Origin: a virus
Reading direction: 5' to 3' (one strand)
Length of the DNA: 60,315 nt
IMG/VR virus record: IMGVR_UViG_3300044712_000367
Location: 1-60,315 of that record
The notes under the pieces are model-generated. The model did no database searches. It was not told where the DNA came from and saw only the letters and a program-made list of their open reading frames with translations. Below, piece after piece: positions 32,152-40,656 of the stretch (its first letter is position 1; each line of letters begins with the position of its first letter). A program made the translations under genes and the position numbers.

Positions 32152-33338
32152 CAGTATGCCCCCGTCCGAACGTTTACCCATCCCTCCACCTGCGTGACGA
32201 CACCGTCACTCAGGTTTGAGCCAAATCGTTCAATGAGGCTATACAGGCGCATGTTGGCGGGGTTTGATGTGCCGCCCTGACGCCCGATGTACAGAATGTA
32301 GGACAAGAAGTTTCCGGTCCCAAGCGTTGCGGACGACTGTCCTGCCTGAATGCCGTTTACGCGAAGCGTTGTGCTCGGGCTTGCGATGTCAGCGAGACCC
32401 GTGATGACGTTTGTAACTGGGGCGGCCAGCCCCGCCTGAGTGAGCGTTACTGCCGAAGTGCCTTTAGCTGTAAAAGCGTAGTTGGCGGCTGCGGCATCGG
32501 GCGCCGTCAGGTTGAATGACCCGTTGTTCGTTGACACGCCTCCGCTGAATTCGCAAACAATGCCCCGCGCAGCATCGCTCAGCTTTCGAACACCGGCGAA
32601 CAGCTGCATTTTGTTCGTATTGGCCGCGAATGCCGTGGTGGCGAGAAAATCATCCACCCCGTCGAACAGCAGGTATCCCTTTCCAGAGCTATCCACTTGG
32701 TAAGTCGGGCGCGATGCGGCGGTGGATTGCGTGGCGTGGTTACCAGCAATCATCTTGATGGAGAGAGAGCTGATGGTGACGTTGTTCGGAACCGCCTTCG
32801 TGCCATCAAGCAGGAAGTTTACGTTCGTCGTGGTAGCAATGAAGACGCCAGAAATGATGCCCGTGGTAGTGCTGAATGTGATATTCGACCCACCGGGGTC
32901 GGCCGTTGAGATGTTGATCAACCCTGCGGGGTTCCCCGTCAGCAACCCAGAAATTTGATAGGTGGCCCCTATCGTCAGACCGAAGTTAAAAGAAAACCTC
33001 GGGCGAAAAATGCTGGTGCTGAGCGTGGTGTTGCTCATGGTACGGGTGGCGGCGGTCCAAACCCCGGTGGAGCCGGAAAGGTTGGTGATGGTCGGCGTCG
33101 GAAGTGCGTTGATGTCGACAACCTCAGGTCCGATAGCCAGCCCCTTGGATTTGTCCAAGATCAAGCCCACCGGCTGGCCAGCAGCCGTCACGGGAGTTGT
33201 ACCAGCCGAGGTCTGGAACAGCGTCGATCTATCGCTTGGATCAAACCAAACCCCCGCCTCAGACGCACTGAAGATCGAGGTTGGAGAGAATAAATTGTAT
33301 GGAATAGACGCGATGGATAGATTGATGCCGATCCGCAT
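32151..33338 (-). CDS. Appendage/fibre protein: shared 125-aa module plus ConA/LamG-like C-terminal half
   Basis: 395 aa. YLLFDGVDDFL and ..LYIGRQGG.. are LamG-like signatures. Module copy B lies at aa 72-196. Confidence 0.55.
   Translation of the reverse strand: MRIGINLSIASIPYNLFSPTSIFSASEAGVWFDPSDRSTLFQTSAGTTPVTAAGQPVGLILDKSKGLAIGPEVVDINALPTPTITNLSGSTGVWTAATRTMSNTTLSTSIFRPRFSFNFGLTIGATYQISGLLTGNPAGLINISTADPGGSNITFSTTTGIISGVFIATTTNVNFLLDGTKAVPNNVTISSLSIKMIAGNHATQSTAASRPTYQVDSSGKGYLLFDGVDDFLATTAFAANTNKMQLFAGVRKLSDAARGIVCEFSGGVSTNNGSFNLTAPDAAAANYAFTAKGTSAVTLTQAGLAAPVTNVITGLADIASPSTTLRVNGIQAGQSSATLGTGNFLSYILYIGRQGGTSNPANMRLYSLIERFGSNLSDGVVTQVEGWVNVRTGAY
32751..33125 (-). repeat. Copy B of the 375-bp (125-aa) module shared with 24811..25185
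   Basis: EVVDINALPTPTITNLSGSTGVWTAATRTMSNTTLSTSIFRPRFSFNFGLTIGATYQISG..INISTADPGGSNITF..TTNVNFLLDG. Confidence 0.85.
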
Positions 33339-33347
33339 GAGGCTTCC

Positions 33348-33605
33348 TCAGTAAAGCGCGATCAAGTTCGTAGCCGTGGTTCCGGTCGCGTAAACTCGAA
33401 TGGCTTGAATGGGAAGAAGCGTCCCAGCCACAACGTTTTGAAACGTGACAGTTCCGCCGCTGCACATATCGACGCGCACGTTTCCGCCGGTCCCGACATA
33501 AATGCCGCGAGTAGGGTCATCAGAAACGGCAGTATCACTGGTGGTGATGGCTGCAGCGCGGCGGGCGGATACGGTGGCGTCTGCAGATGTATACGGTGCG
33601 GGCAT
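33348..33605 (-). CDS. Small beta-rich virion protein (85 aa)
   Basis: Track ORF; SD AGGAGAG upstream. Confidence 0.55.
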   Translation of the reverse strand: MPAPYTSADATVSARRAAAITTSDTAVSDDPTRGIYVGTGGNVRVDMCSGGTVTFQNVVAGTLLPIQAIRVYATGTTATNLIALY

Positions 33606-33625
33606 AGTGCTCTCCTGTGAAGAGA

Positions 33626-33645
33626 AGGGGGCTGGCTCGCCCCCT
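33626..33645 (-). terminator. Hairpin AGGGGGC-N6-GCCCCCT directly after the stop of 33649..33825, followed by UCUCUUC
   Basis: Read directly; 7-bp stem. Confidence 0.35.
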
Positions 33646-33648
33646 CCG

Positions 33649-33825
33649 TCAGTACTTCGCCTTGGCGGCGGCGGCAGACATCAGCGGCATACCGTGAACA
33701 CCCTGCCCGCCAGTTACGGTTTTGTTTGCTGTGGCAGAGTGTGCACTGTTGTTGCCGGAGGTGTCTTTTCCGGCCTTCACCGTCTTGTTCACGCTCATGG
33801 CGGGCTTTTTGTTTCCGACGCGCAT
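33649..33825 (-). CDS. Small Lys-rich protein (58 aa; start could be GTG 33837)
   Basis: MRVGNKKPAMSVNKTVKAGKD...; GAGG 6 nt upstream of ATG 33825. Confidence 0.45.
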   Translation of the reverse strand: MRVGNKKPAMSVNKTVKAGKDTSGNNSAHSATANKTVTGGQGVHGMPLMSAAAAKAKY

Positions 33826-33833
33826 ATCGAGCC

Positions 33834-34301
33834 TCACTGCTGGGTGTAATTGACGGCAACAGCCACAACGCCAGCCGTGGGGGCGCCCACAGATGTGACG
33901 GTGATGACCAGCGGGGCAGTGTTGGGCGATGCCGCACCGGCGATGGTGAGGCCAGCCATGGCGGCCAGCTGGGCTGCGGTGTACGAGATCGCGGCGCGCC
34001 CAGCGGTTTTGGCGTTGATGCCGGAAACGAACTTGGTGTCACCGGCGGTGGTGCCGATGGACAGGGTGGCCGATGTCGCGCTGTCAAAAGCGGTTAGGAC
34101 GTCGATTTCGAACGAAGTGATTCGCGATCCGACAGGAAGGTTCAGCGATACGGACTGAACCAGACCGCCGCCAGACTGGATCAGCGTAGCAAACTGGTTG
34201 AGGCGCGCGAGGCCGATATTGGGTCCAGTATTGGCGCCGCTGGTCTCCCCAGCTTTGAGCGTGCCGGAACGGACGGGTCCGGTGAAGGTAGTGGTTCCCA
34301 T
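33834..34301 (-). CDS. Capsid-associated protein (155 aa; decoration candidate)
   Basis: Strong SD AAGGAG. Immediately downstream of the major capsid gene and its hairpin. Confidence 0.55.
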   Translation of the reverse strand: MGTTTFTGPVRSGTLKAGETSGANTGPNIGLARLNQFATLIQSGGGLVQSVSLNLPVGSRITSFEIDVLTAFDSATSATLSIGTTAGDTKFVSGINAKTAGRAAISYTAAQLAAMAGLTIAGAASPNTAPLVITVTSVGAPTAGVVAVAVNYTQQ

Positions 34302-34369
34302 GTGGAACTCCTTTGCACGGTTGAAGCCCTGTCTGTGCAGCGTCCGCTGTCGCGGTCAGGGCAAGTGAA

Positions 34370-34391
34370 GGGGAGGCCCAAAGGCCTCCCC
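34370..34391 (-). terminator. Hairpin GGGGAGGCC-N4-GGCCTCCCC 9 nt after the major capsid stop (partial terminator / mRNA stabiliser candidate)
   Basis: 9-bp GC stem with a weak U tail (UUCACUU). Confidence 0.4.
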
Positions 34392-34399
34392 CGCGTCGA

Positions 34400-35311
34400 T
34401 TACGAGGGGAACGAACCCCAGATCGAGCGCCAGTTGTAGTACCCGAAGGAGTACCGCTCGTAGCCCTTGACCAGCAGGTTGTCCGTGACGAAGTCGACCT
34501 GCATGTCGGTTTCGAACTTCACCCGCTCCATATACGACAGGCCGTCGATGTTGGTCAGCAGGAACCAGTTGGCCGCCGAGGTCAGGAAGTCGTTGACCAT
34601 GTAGCCTTCCGGCAGGCCACCGGCGGTGGACATGATCGCGTTGACATCGTTGTCGGCGGTGCCGGGGCGGAGTTCCGTCTTGGTGAGGCGGATGGCGACC
34701 GGTTCCAGCTGCGGGGGAACGACCAGCTTGCGGCCACGGGCGAAGACCTTCAGGCCAGCCTGATCGCGGAAGTTGGTCCGGATGGCGATCATACCGTTCA
34801 GCAGGGTCGCCTCGTTCAGTTCCACGTCCGTCGTCGGGCGGTTGGCCACGGTGCCGCCGTCGATGGGGTGCGAGGTGGAGCAAAGCGCCACGCCGTCGCC
34901 GCCGATGGCACCATTGTAGGTGGTCGCCGTGTTCAGGACGTTGGCCCCGTAGATTTCCTTGGTCTGCTGGAAGCTCTCGATCAGACCGAGGTTCGACGGC
35001 GCGAACTGGGTTTTGTAGAGGTTGTCGTCGATGGCTTTGCGGGTGATCGCGTACCCGAGGCCGATCTCGACATGCTCTTGGTTGTAGACGAAGCGTTCGC
35101 CCGCGTTGTTGTCGAACGCGGTCTGGCCGCCTTCGGTTTTCAACTGCGCGAAGCCGAGGAAGCGCATCTCAGCGGTGCGTTCCAGAGCCATCTTCGAATT
35201 GTGCTTCGTGAAGATTTTGTCGTACTGAGACGGGATCATCTCGTACTTGCCTTCGACACCCCGCAGGCCGGGGAGCAGAAGGTCTTTGATGGCACTAAGG
35301 TTAACAGCCAT
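34400..35311 (-). CDS. Major capsid protein (HK97 fold; Mu gpT-like)
   Basis: 303 aa. SAIKDLLLPGLRGVEGKYEMIPSQYDKIF and KLVVPPQLEPVAIRL parallel phage Mu gpT (from memory). Strong SD AGGAGG. Confidence 0.8.
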   Translation of the reverse strand: MAVNLSAIKDLLLPGLRGVEGKYEMIPSQYDKIFTKHNSKMALERTAEMRFLGFAQLKTEGGQTAFDNNAGERFVYNQEHVEIGLGYAITRKAIDDNLYKTQFAPSNLGLIESFQQTKEIYGANVLNTATTYNGAIGGDGVALCSTSHPIDGGTVANRPTTDVELNEATLLNGMIAIRTNFRDQAGLKVFARGRKLVVPPQLEPVAIRLTKTELRPGTADNDVNAIMSTAGGLPEGYMVNDFLTSAANWFLLTNIDGLSYMERVKFETDMQVDFVTDNLLVKGYERYSFGYYNWRSIWGSFPS

Positions 35312-35326
35312 AGTTTAGACCTCCTA

Positions 35327-35908
35327 TCAGATGCCGGTGGCTTGCTTGGTCGAGACGTTGTTGAACGCCACCACCACGTAGTTGTAGGCACCGACATCGG
35401 TGCCCGGCGATCCGGGCGGGTCCACATCGAGGCCGACGATGCGGAAGGGCAGCGTGGCGGTCGTGCCAACCGTGGACATGTCCACGAATGCGCCCGACAG
35501 GCCGGTGTTCGCGTTGCCGGTGCCAATCGCGAAGTTCACGTTCGCGTTGATGTCGGCAGCGGTCGCGCCGGTCGCGCCGGTCTGGGCCAGCCACTTGGCG
35601 TTCGGGTCGTTGATGATGTAGCCCTCGACCACTTGGGTCGACGCGACATCAGAACCCGGCCAGTAGTTCGACCACACGGTGCGCTTCTGCGACACCGAGA
35701 GGTACTTGCAGCCTTGAAAGATGCCCGCGATCTGGGTCGTGCCGGGCGCGCCGACAACGACAAAACCGTTGGCATCGGGGAGGACGGGGTCGCCGTAGTA
35801 GATGGCCGAGGCGTTGTACGCGATCCGGACGGTGACCTGTTCGTAGGTCGGGGCCGAGCCGGTGCCGCTGTACTGCCGGAAACCGAAGGGCGCGTTGCTG
35901 TTGGGCAT
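35327..35908 (-). CDS. Abundant capsid-module protein (193 aa; function unknown)
   Basis: Strong SD AAGGAGAA. First gene after the terminator/promoter-like region 36001..36078. Confidence 0.55.
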   Translation of the reverse strand: MPNSNAPFGFRQYSGTGSAPTYEQVTVRIAYNASAIYYGDPVLPDANGFVVVGAPGTTQIAGIFQGCKYLSVSQKRTVWSNYWPGSDVASTQVVEGYIINDPNAKWLAQTGATGATAADINANVNFAIGTGNANTGLSGAFVDMSTVGTTATLPFRIVGLDVDPPGSPGTDVGAYNYVVVAFNNVSTKQATGI

Positions 35909-36000
35909 GCGCGGTTCTCCTTTGCAGGAGGTCCATCATCGCACACCGAGGCGATTTTAGAACCGAGGAAAGGGTGGCAGGCCCACCGAGGGCTTGTCCG

Positions 36001-36032
36001 CATATAGTGGCACGTCGCGCTCGATCTGTCAA
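36001..36032 (-). promoter_or_regulatory. Weak promoter candidate TTGACA-N18-ACTATA ahead of the capsid genes
   Basis: Minus-strand TTGACA at 36032..36027. Spacer is 17-19 nt depending on which -10 is chosen. Confidence 0.25.
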
Positions 36033-36052
36033 AGGGTGGTGCCGGAATGCAA

Positions 36053-36078
36053 AAGACCGAGGAAAAATCCTCGGTCTT
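36053..36078 (-). terminator. Rho-independent terminator candidate: 11-bp stem AAGACCGAGGA / TCCTCGGTCTT, 4-nt loop, then UUUUG on the minus strand
   Basis: Read directly. Lies in the 254-bp gap between 36163 and 35908. Confidence 0.5.
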
Positions 36079-36162
36079 CGCTAAATCTGGGGGCGGGGGG
36101 TGGAGGTGCCCTCACGATCCGCGCTCATTCCCGTGATGACGAACCGATCAGGCGAAACCCGT

Positions 36163-36360
36163 CTACACCTCGTATTTTGAGCAGGCAATAGCCTTCTTCG
36201 CGTCAAACGGAACCCCATGGCGGCGTGACAGAAGAAACACCAGCTTGCACTGGTCTGGCCGGAACGGGCGCGGCTTCAGGTGGCGACCGACGTGGCGGCA
36301 GGATGAGCATCGCGCACCCTTGTCAGGGTCAGCCCATGTGGCCTGACCCTCCACGGTCAT
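36163..36360 (-). CDS. Small Cys-containing protein (65 aa; start ambiguous between 36360, 36366 and 36384)
   Basis: MTVEGQATWADPDKGARCSSCRHVGRH...; AAGG 6 nt upstream of ATG 36360. Confidence 0.5.
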   Translation of the reverse strand: MTVEGQATWADPDKGARCSSCRHVGRHLKPRPFRPDQCKLVFLLSRRHGVPFDAKKAIACSKYEV

Positions 36361-36523
36361 CGACATCCTTTGCTGCAAGTCCACTCGGCTTCTCCGCGTT
36401 CAGGAAGATGGAGACGTGGGGTTCCAGCTGGTCCCACGCCTCCTGTATTGCTGGGGTGCCCTCTGTTCTGATGGCCCGCCGCAGGCGTTCGATCCGGTTG
36501 ATGATGCGGACGACGCGGATCAT
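36329..36523 (-). CDS. Hypothetical protein (64 aa)
   Basis: ATGA overlap with the stop of 36520..37050. Confidence 0.5.
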   Translation of the reverse strand: MIRVVRIINRIERLRRAIRTEGTPAIQEAWDQLEPHVSIFLNAEKPSGLAAKDVDDRGGSGHMG

Positions 36524-37050
36524 TCTTCGGGGATCGGCATGGCCTCGTAGGCCTTCTTGACCTTGACCAGATCGTTGCCTTGGTTCGACCGCTCGAACTG
36601 ACCCGGCTTGGCCGACGACAGCTGCTCCTCCTTCGACCGAACCTGCAGGCGCGCGCGGCGCAGCTCATTGCTGCGGACTTCGCTGGTGATCTCGGAGGGC
36701 CGCTCCATCAGGACCATGCCCTTGCGGGTGATCTCGACGCCCTTGTAGCCTGCGGGCATCATCTCCGGATGCCGCGCGGCGGGCACGAATTCCCAGCCGT
36801 CACGCGCCAGCTTGACTTGGTGGGCGGGGTCTTCCGCGCCCAGAATGGTCTTGGTCTTCCACTCGTAGGTCCAGCCGTCGGGAATGATACCCGGCTCGAC
36901 AAAGAACTCGTCGGTGCCATCGTCGAGGTCGCCATTGCGGTGTTCACGCAGCTCGGCGGCGCGGCGGGCGGCGCGTTCGCGCGGGCTTTCCTCGGTCACG
37001 GGAGCCTCAGGACGCATCGAAGGCCGCACCTTTTTGAAATCATCGCTCAT
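36520..37050 (-). CDS. Head-module protein (176 aa), function unknown
   Basis: DGWTYEWKTKTILGAEDPAHQVKLARDGWEFVP motif. Follows the scaffold gene. Confidence 0.55.
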   Translation of the reverse strand: MSDDFKKVRPSMRPEAPVTEESPRERAARRAAELREHRNGDLDDGTDEFFVEPGIIPDGWTYEWKTKTILGAEDPAHQVKLARDGWEFVPAARHPEMMPAGYKGVEITRKGMVLMERPSEITSEVRSNELRRARLQVRSKEEQLSSAKPGQFERSNQGNDLVKVKKAYEAMPIPEE

Positions 37051-37898
37051 TGCAGTTTCCCTTCCTTCTGGAGGGCCACTTTGTGTTTGGCGTACTCCTC
37101 CGGTTTCATGTTCATCATCTCGGCCATCTCGCGCTCGGCAGCGGTGAGGCGCACCGTGTTGCGGGATTGCTGCCCACGGCTGACCGGCGCGGCGGCGGGG
37201 GCCGCGTCGCGGCGCTGCACCACCTTGGCGGCGCTGGCAGTGGCCTCCTCCTCGGCGACCTTGGCCTGCGGCTTCACCCGCAGCGTCTCCTCGATGGCGG
37301 CAAAGTACCCATCCGTGTCGGGGATGTGGCCATCGGCCACGGCCAGCTCGTGCGCGGCGATCATCTTGCGGTTCTTGACCGGATCGCGGACGAAATCGGG
37401 GTGAGCGCGCACCCAGTCGGCGGAGCGCGGCGTCAGCTGGGCGGCGAAGGCCTCGACCGGATCGCGGTTGACCTGCGGCGGCGGGGCTTTCGGCTTGGAC
37501 TTCATCGCCTCAAGGCCGTTGCGAAGCTGGAGCAGCTTGGCCTTGTTGTCGCTGATCTCTTCCTGAATTTCGACCTGACGGGCGTGGTCGCCGGTCTGCA
37601 TCGCGTACTGCAGGCTCTGCTTCAGCAGTTCGGTGTCGCGGTCGAGCGTGTCGATGGCGCTCGAAACCAGCTGGATGTCGGTGTCTTCCTTGTCGAGGCG
37701 GGCCGCATGCGCCTGCTGGGCCAGCTCGTGGTTGCGGCGCTCAACTTCGGCGCGGCGGGCGCGCTCCTCGTCCAGCTGGCGCTTGAGGTCGGCTATGCCC
37801 TCCTCTGGCTTGACGACATCGAGGGCATCATCGGCGTCGTTTTCGACCTGCACCTCGATATCGTCGTCGACCTTCAGGTCTTCATTCTCATCGCTCAT
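37047..37898 (-). CDS. Scaffolding protein
   Basis: 283 aa. Acidic N-terminus MSDENEDLKVDDDIEVQVEND followed by long coiled-coil segments. Position in the head module. Confidence 0.65.
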   Translation of the reverse strand: MSDENEDLKVDDDIEVQVENDADDALDVVKPEEGIADLKRQLDEERARRAEVERRNHELAQQAHAARLDKEDTDIQLVSSAIDTLDRDTELLKQSLQYAMQTGDHARQVEIQEEISDNKAKLLQLRNGLEAMKSKPKAPPPQVNRDPVEAFAAQLTPRSADWVRAHPDFVRDPVKNRKMIAAHELAVADGHIPDTDGYFAAIEETLRVKPQAKVAEEEATASAAKVVQRRDAAPAAAPVSRGQQSRNTVRLTAAEREMAEMMNMKPEEYAKHKVALQKEGKLQ

Positions 37899-37908
37899 GG
37901 CTCTCTCC

Positions 37909-38298
37909 TCACCACACGGCGTCGGGCTGCGGCACCCGACCCTTGATGTTTATGTCGTCGAAGATGCGGCACAAGACGCCGTTGACGGTGATCGACCAGC
38001 CGTCCGACGGGCGGAACACCAGCCAGTCGTCTTCCTTGAATTCGAGGCCGGTGAACCAGTTGCCGTCCTGCTCGAACGCCAGCGGGCCTTTCTTGACCAG
38101 AAGGCCGACCTTGGACTGAAACCGGTCCTCATCGGTGTGCTTGTCGGTCAAATACAGGCCCGACTTGGTCTTGGTCGGGCGGATGTAGACCGCCAGAAGC
38201 ACTTGGTTGTGGAACAGCTCGACCCCAGACAGGTCACCCAGCTCATCGCGGAGCTTTTTGCGGGGGTCTTCCTCGTGGGCCATCATCATGTGCGGCAT
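37909..38298 (-). CDS. GroES/Cpn10-like co-chaperonin candidate
   Basis: 129 aa. NQVLLAVYIRPTKTKSGLYLTDK...VGLLVKKGP...FKEDDWLVF...ITVNGVLCRIFDDINIKGRV follows the Cpn10 pattern by eye. Confidence 0.45.
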   Translation of the reverse strand: MPHMMMAHEEDPRKKLRDELGDLSGVELFHNQVLLAVYIRPTKTKSGLYLTDKHTDEDRFQSKVGLLVKKGPLAFEQDGNWFTGLEFKEDDWLVFRPSDGWSITVNGVLCRIFDDINIKGRVPQPDAVW

Positions 38299-38305
38299 AT
38301 CGGTC

Positions 38306-38509
38306 CTATCGGCTCTTGTTCACAATGGCGTTGGCTTCATCGAACATGTCCAGCACCTCATTCAGGGCGGCGAGGCGGCCAACTTGCTCACGGTAGCTCT
38401 CCATGGTGTGGATCGCAACACCGGATACTACATTTTGAATGAGGATTTTTTTGCGCTCTTCGATCAGCTTGGTCAATTCGCGCTCGAACAGCGTCGAGAT
38501 CGTCCGCAT
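38306..38509 (-). CDS. Hypothetical helical protein (67 aa)
   Basis: Track ORF. Confidence 0.5.
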   Translation of the reverse strand: MRTISTLFERELTKLIEERKKILIQNVVSGVAIHTMESYREQVGRLAALNEVLDMFDEANAIVNKSR

Positions 38510-38537
38510 GGGTCATCCTGATGATCATTTTCATGGT

Positions 38538-38572
38538 GCGCCCCGCGTCAGGGAGGAAAAAACGCGGGGCGC
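38538..38572. other. 11-bp-stem hairpin GCGCCCCGCGT-N13-ACGCGGGGCGC in the 86-bp gap between 38596 and 38509
   Basis: Read directly. No trailing U tract on either strand. Confidence 0.4.
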
Positions 38573-38595
38573 GAGGCCTGACAGCGGGGAGGATG

Positions 38596-39903
38596 TCAGG
38601 CTTTCTTGCCGTACTCGTCGATCTTTTCGAGGCGGCCCTTACCGGAACCCGCGCCGAAGTGCATCTTCGGGTACACCTTCCCGCCGCTCTTGCGCGCCAG
38701 CGGGGACATACCGGCGGGCGGCATGCCAGCGGGCGGCATCGGACCGGCGGGCGGCATCGGACCCGCGCCTGCGGCACCAGCCAGAGCCGCACCCAAGCCC
38801 GGCGGGACCATCGGGTGGCCCATCGGGGGCGCGGCGGCGGGCGCGGGGGCGGGCATCGGCGGCTTGGGCATCATCGGGGCCGGAGCGGGCGCGGCGGCCA
38901 CAGGCTGCTCCCCGAGGCTGCCCAGCTTGCCGTCGTGGTGCGGCGAGATGATGATGTTGATGTTGGTCTTGCCCTTGCCGGTGCGGCCCCCATCCTTGCG
39001 GGCGGTGCGGGCCGAGGCCTTGAACGCTTCGGCAGTGGGCGCGCCCTTGCTGCCCGGCTTCCGCATCTTCTCGTTCGATCCGTCTTCGATCCGCTCACGC
39101 TTGGCGTTGATGTTGGCGTAGAGGCCAGCCTTGCCGCCGCTGGCCATGCGGTCGACCGCGCCGCCGCAGGCTTTGCAAGTGCAGCCCTTGTCGTGCTTCT
39201 TGTCGGCGGCAGACTTCTCCCAGCTCTTCATCGACATGCCAGCCTTCTTGGCCATGGCCTTGTCTTCGGCCTTGTCTTTGGCCGAACCCTCGACCATGCC
39301 GCCCTTTTTCTTGGCCTCACGCCCGCCAGTGTCGCCGCCCGCCGTGGTGATCGGGTCGGCGTCGGAGCCGCCCATTGCGCCGCCGCGCGCTTTCTTGGCC
39401 TTGCCGCCGCGCTTGTAGTCGTTCAGGCCCGCGCCCTCGGCGTCGATGGGGGCGTCTTCGGTGACCAGATCGGCGGGGCGCTTCTTCGGGCGGATCATCG
39501 GGGGCTTGGTGCCCACCATCCCGTCTTCGTTGTCAGCCGACCGGTTGATGCTGTCCATCTTGGCCGTGGTCATGCCACCGTCCTGCTTGCCGGTGCGGCC
39601 ACCGCTCTTGAAGCCGCCGACTTTCTTGGTGCCGTCGCGCTCCTCGTTGGCCACCCGCTGGTTGGTGTTGGCCAGCCCGACGGAACCGCGCGGCGTCCGG
39701 TCGGCGCGGCGCTCGTTTTCCTCACCCTCGACCTTGCCACCAGCCTTGAAGGCGCGGCGCGACAGCGGGCGCATGCCCACTTTCACATCGGCGTCCAGCT
39801 TCTCGGCGGGGGTGAAGTCAGAGCTGTCGACTTTCTCGGACGAGGCACCGGCAAGGCGCTTGGCCTTTGCCTTCATCGCCTCGCGCAGGCTTTTGGCGTC
39901 CAT
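38596..39903 (-). CDS. Gly/Lys-rich low-complexity protein with a Pro/Met/Ala-rich C-region (435 aa); capsid cargo candidate
   Basis: Start trimmed to MDAKSLREAMKAK (GAGGAG 6 nt upstream). Many [KR]xGG[KR] motifs. LYANINAKRERIEDGSNEKMRKPGSKGAPT. PMPPAGPMPPAGMPPAGM. Confidence 0.6.
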   Translation of the reverse strand: MDAKSLREAMKAKAKRLAGASSEKVDSSDFTPAEKLDADVKVGMRPLSRRAFKAGGKVEGEENERRADRTPRGSVGLANTNQRVANEERDGTKKVGGFKSGGRTGKQDGGMTTAKMDSINRSADNEDGMVGTKPPMIRPKKRPADLVTEDAPIDAEGAGLNDYKRGGKAKKARGGAMGGSDADPITTAGGDTGGREAKKKGGMVEGSAKDKAEDKAMAKKAGMSMKSWEKSAADKKHDKGCTCKACGGAVDRMASGGKAGLYANINAKRERIEDGSNEKMRKPGSKGAPTAEAFKASARTARKDGGRTGKGKTNINIIISPHHDGKLGSLGEQPVAAAPAPAPMMPKPPMPAPAPAAAPPMGHPMVPPGLGAALAGAAGAGPMPPAGPMPPAGMPPAGMSPLARKSGGKVYPKMHFGAGSGKGRLEKIDEYGKKA

Positions 39904-39913
39904 TGCGATCTCC

Positions 39914-40444
39914 TCAGGGGTTGGATTGGCGGTCAGTATACTGCGAAGCGAGGGACATTGCACGGTCGATGTGACCCTGCCCCCGAACCGGCTTGGTGGT
40001 GTCGCAGGTCTTCAGCCACCGCTTGAATTCTGCCACCGACATCCGCACCACGGCCTTCTGCCGATCTGGCCCCTTGCCGTCGGAAAAACCGGCGCAGTAG
40101 GCGCGGCAGGCCTCGTCGCGGGTGCGATACCCCAGCATGACCTTGTGTTCGTCGAACGCGCCCGTGCGGTGATCGTGCTGGTCGATGATGAAGACGTGGT
40201 CGGAGGCGTGATCCGGCCCGATGCAGACATCGACATGGTCGCCATCCGCGCCCTCGGTGCGCTTGATGTACCCGTAATCGTACGGGAGACGCACTTCCCA
40301 CCGGTGTCCAGTCGGCCCGATGCCGCTGCGCTTCTGCCCCCGCAGGTTTTCAAGCGCAACCGGCAGGCCTTGGAAGCTGATGTGGTGCTTCTTGTAGTTG
40401 CCCACCCGCTTCTGCGCGTCTGTCGGTTGCGCGTTCACCAGCAT
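39914..40444 (-). CDS. Inorganic-pyrophosphatase-fold-like protein (176 aa)
   Basis: YDYGYIKRTEGADGDHVDVCIG parallels E. coli PPase [20 protein letters not shown] (from memory). Confidence 0.5.
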   Translation of the reverse strand: MLVNAQPTDAQKRVGNYKKHHISFQGLPVALENLRGQKRSGIGPTGHRWEVRLPYDYGYIKRTEGADGDHVDVCIGPDHASDHVFIIDQHDHRTGAFDEHKVMLGYRTRDEACRAYCAGFSDGKGPDRQKAVVRMSVAEFKRWLKTCDTTKPVRGQGHIDRAMSLASQYTDRQSNP

Positions 40445-40656
40445 CAGCGGCCCACCGTGATGTGCAGCGCCTTATGAACAGCCTTTTTGGGGTGATGCTT
40501 CTTGCGCTTTCGGCTGTAATCAGGGTTTTCGCCTGCAGGCGGATGGTCGGGGATTTCGTGGCTGAACGGTCGGGCGTGGTCTTGCGCGTTCAGATGCTGT
40601 TCGTGGTTGTGAAACTGGGCGTGGAATGCGTCCACGGGAAGTTTTGGCGCGCTCAT
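40444..40656 (-). CDS. His-rich small basic protein (70 aa)
   Basis: Coupled at both ends (ATGA, TGATG); 13 His in 70 residues. Confidence 0.5.
   Translation of the reverse strand: MSAPKLPVDAFHAQFHNHEQHLNAQDHARPFSHEIPDHPPAGENPDYSRKRKKHHPKKAVHKALHITVGR

Noticed and set aside
24811-33125. The two 375-bp related segments as template/variable repeats of a diversity-generating retroelement
   Set aside because: No reverse transcriptase gene is present. The copies differ at all four bases rather than only at adenines, and they are only roughly two-thirds identical at the DNA level.
33362-34087. 241-aa minus-strand ORF rich in Pro/Ser/Arg
   Set aside because: It lies out of frame over four well-supported small structural genes that have strong SD sites, and its composition is typical of an alternative frame.
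38538-38572. The 11-bp-stem hairpin as a rho-independent terminator
   Set aside because: No U tract follows the stem on either strand; the T/A run is in the loop. I kept it only as an unexplained structure.
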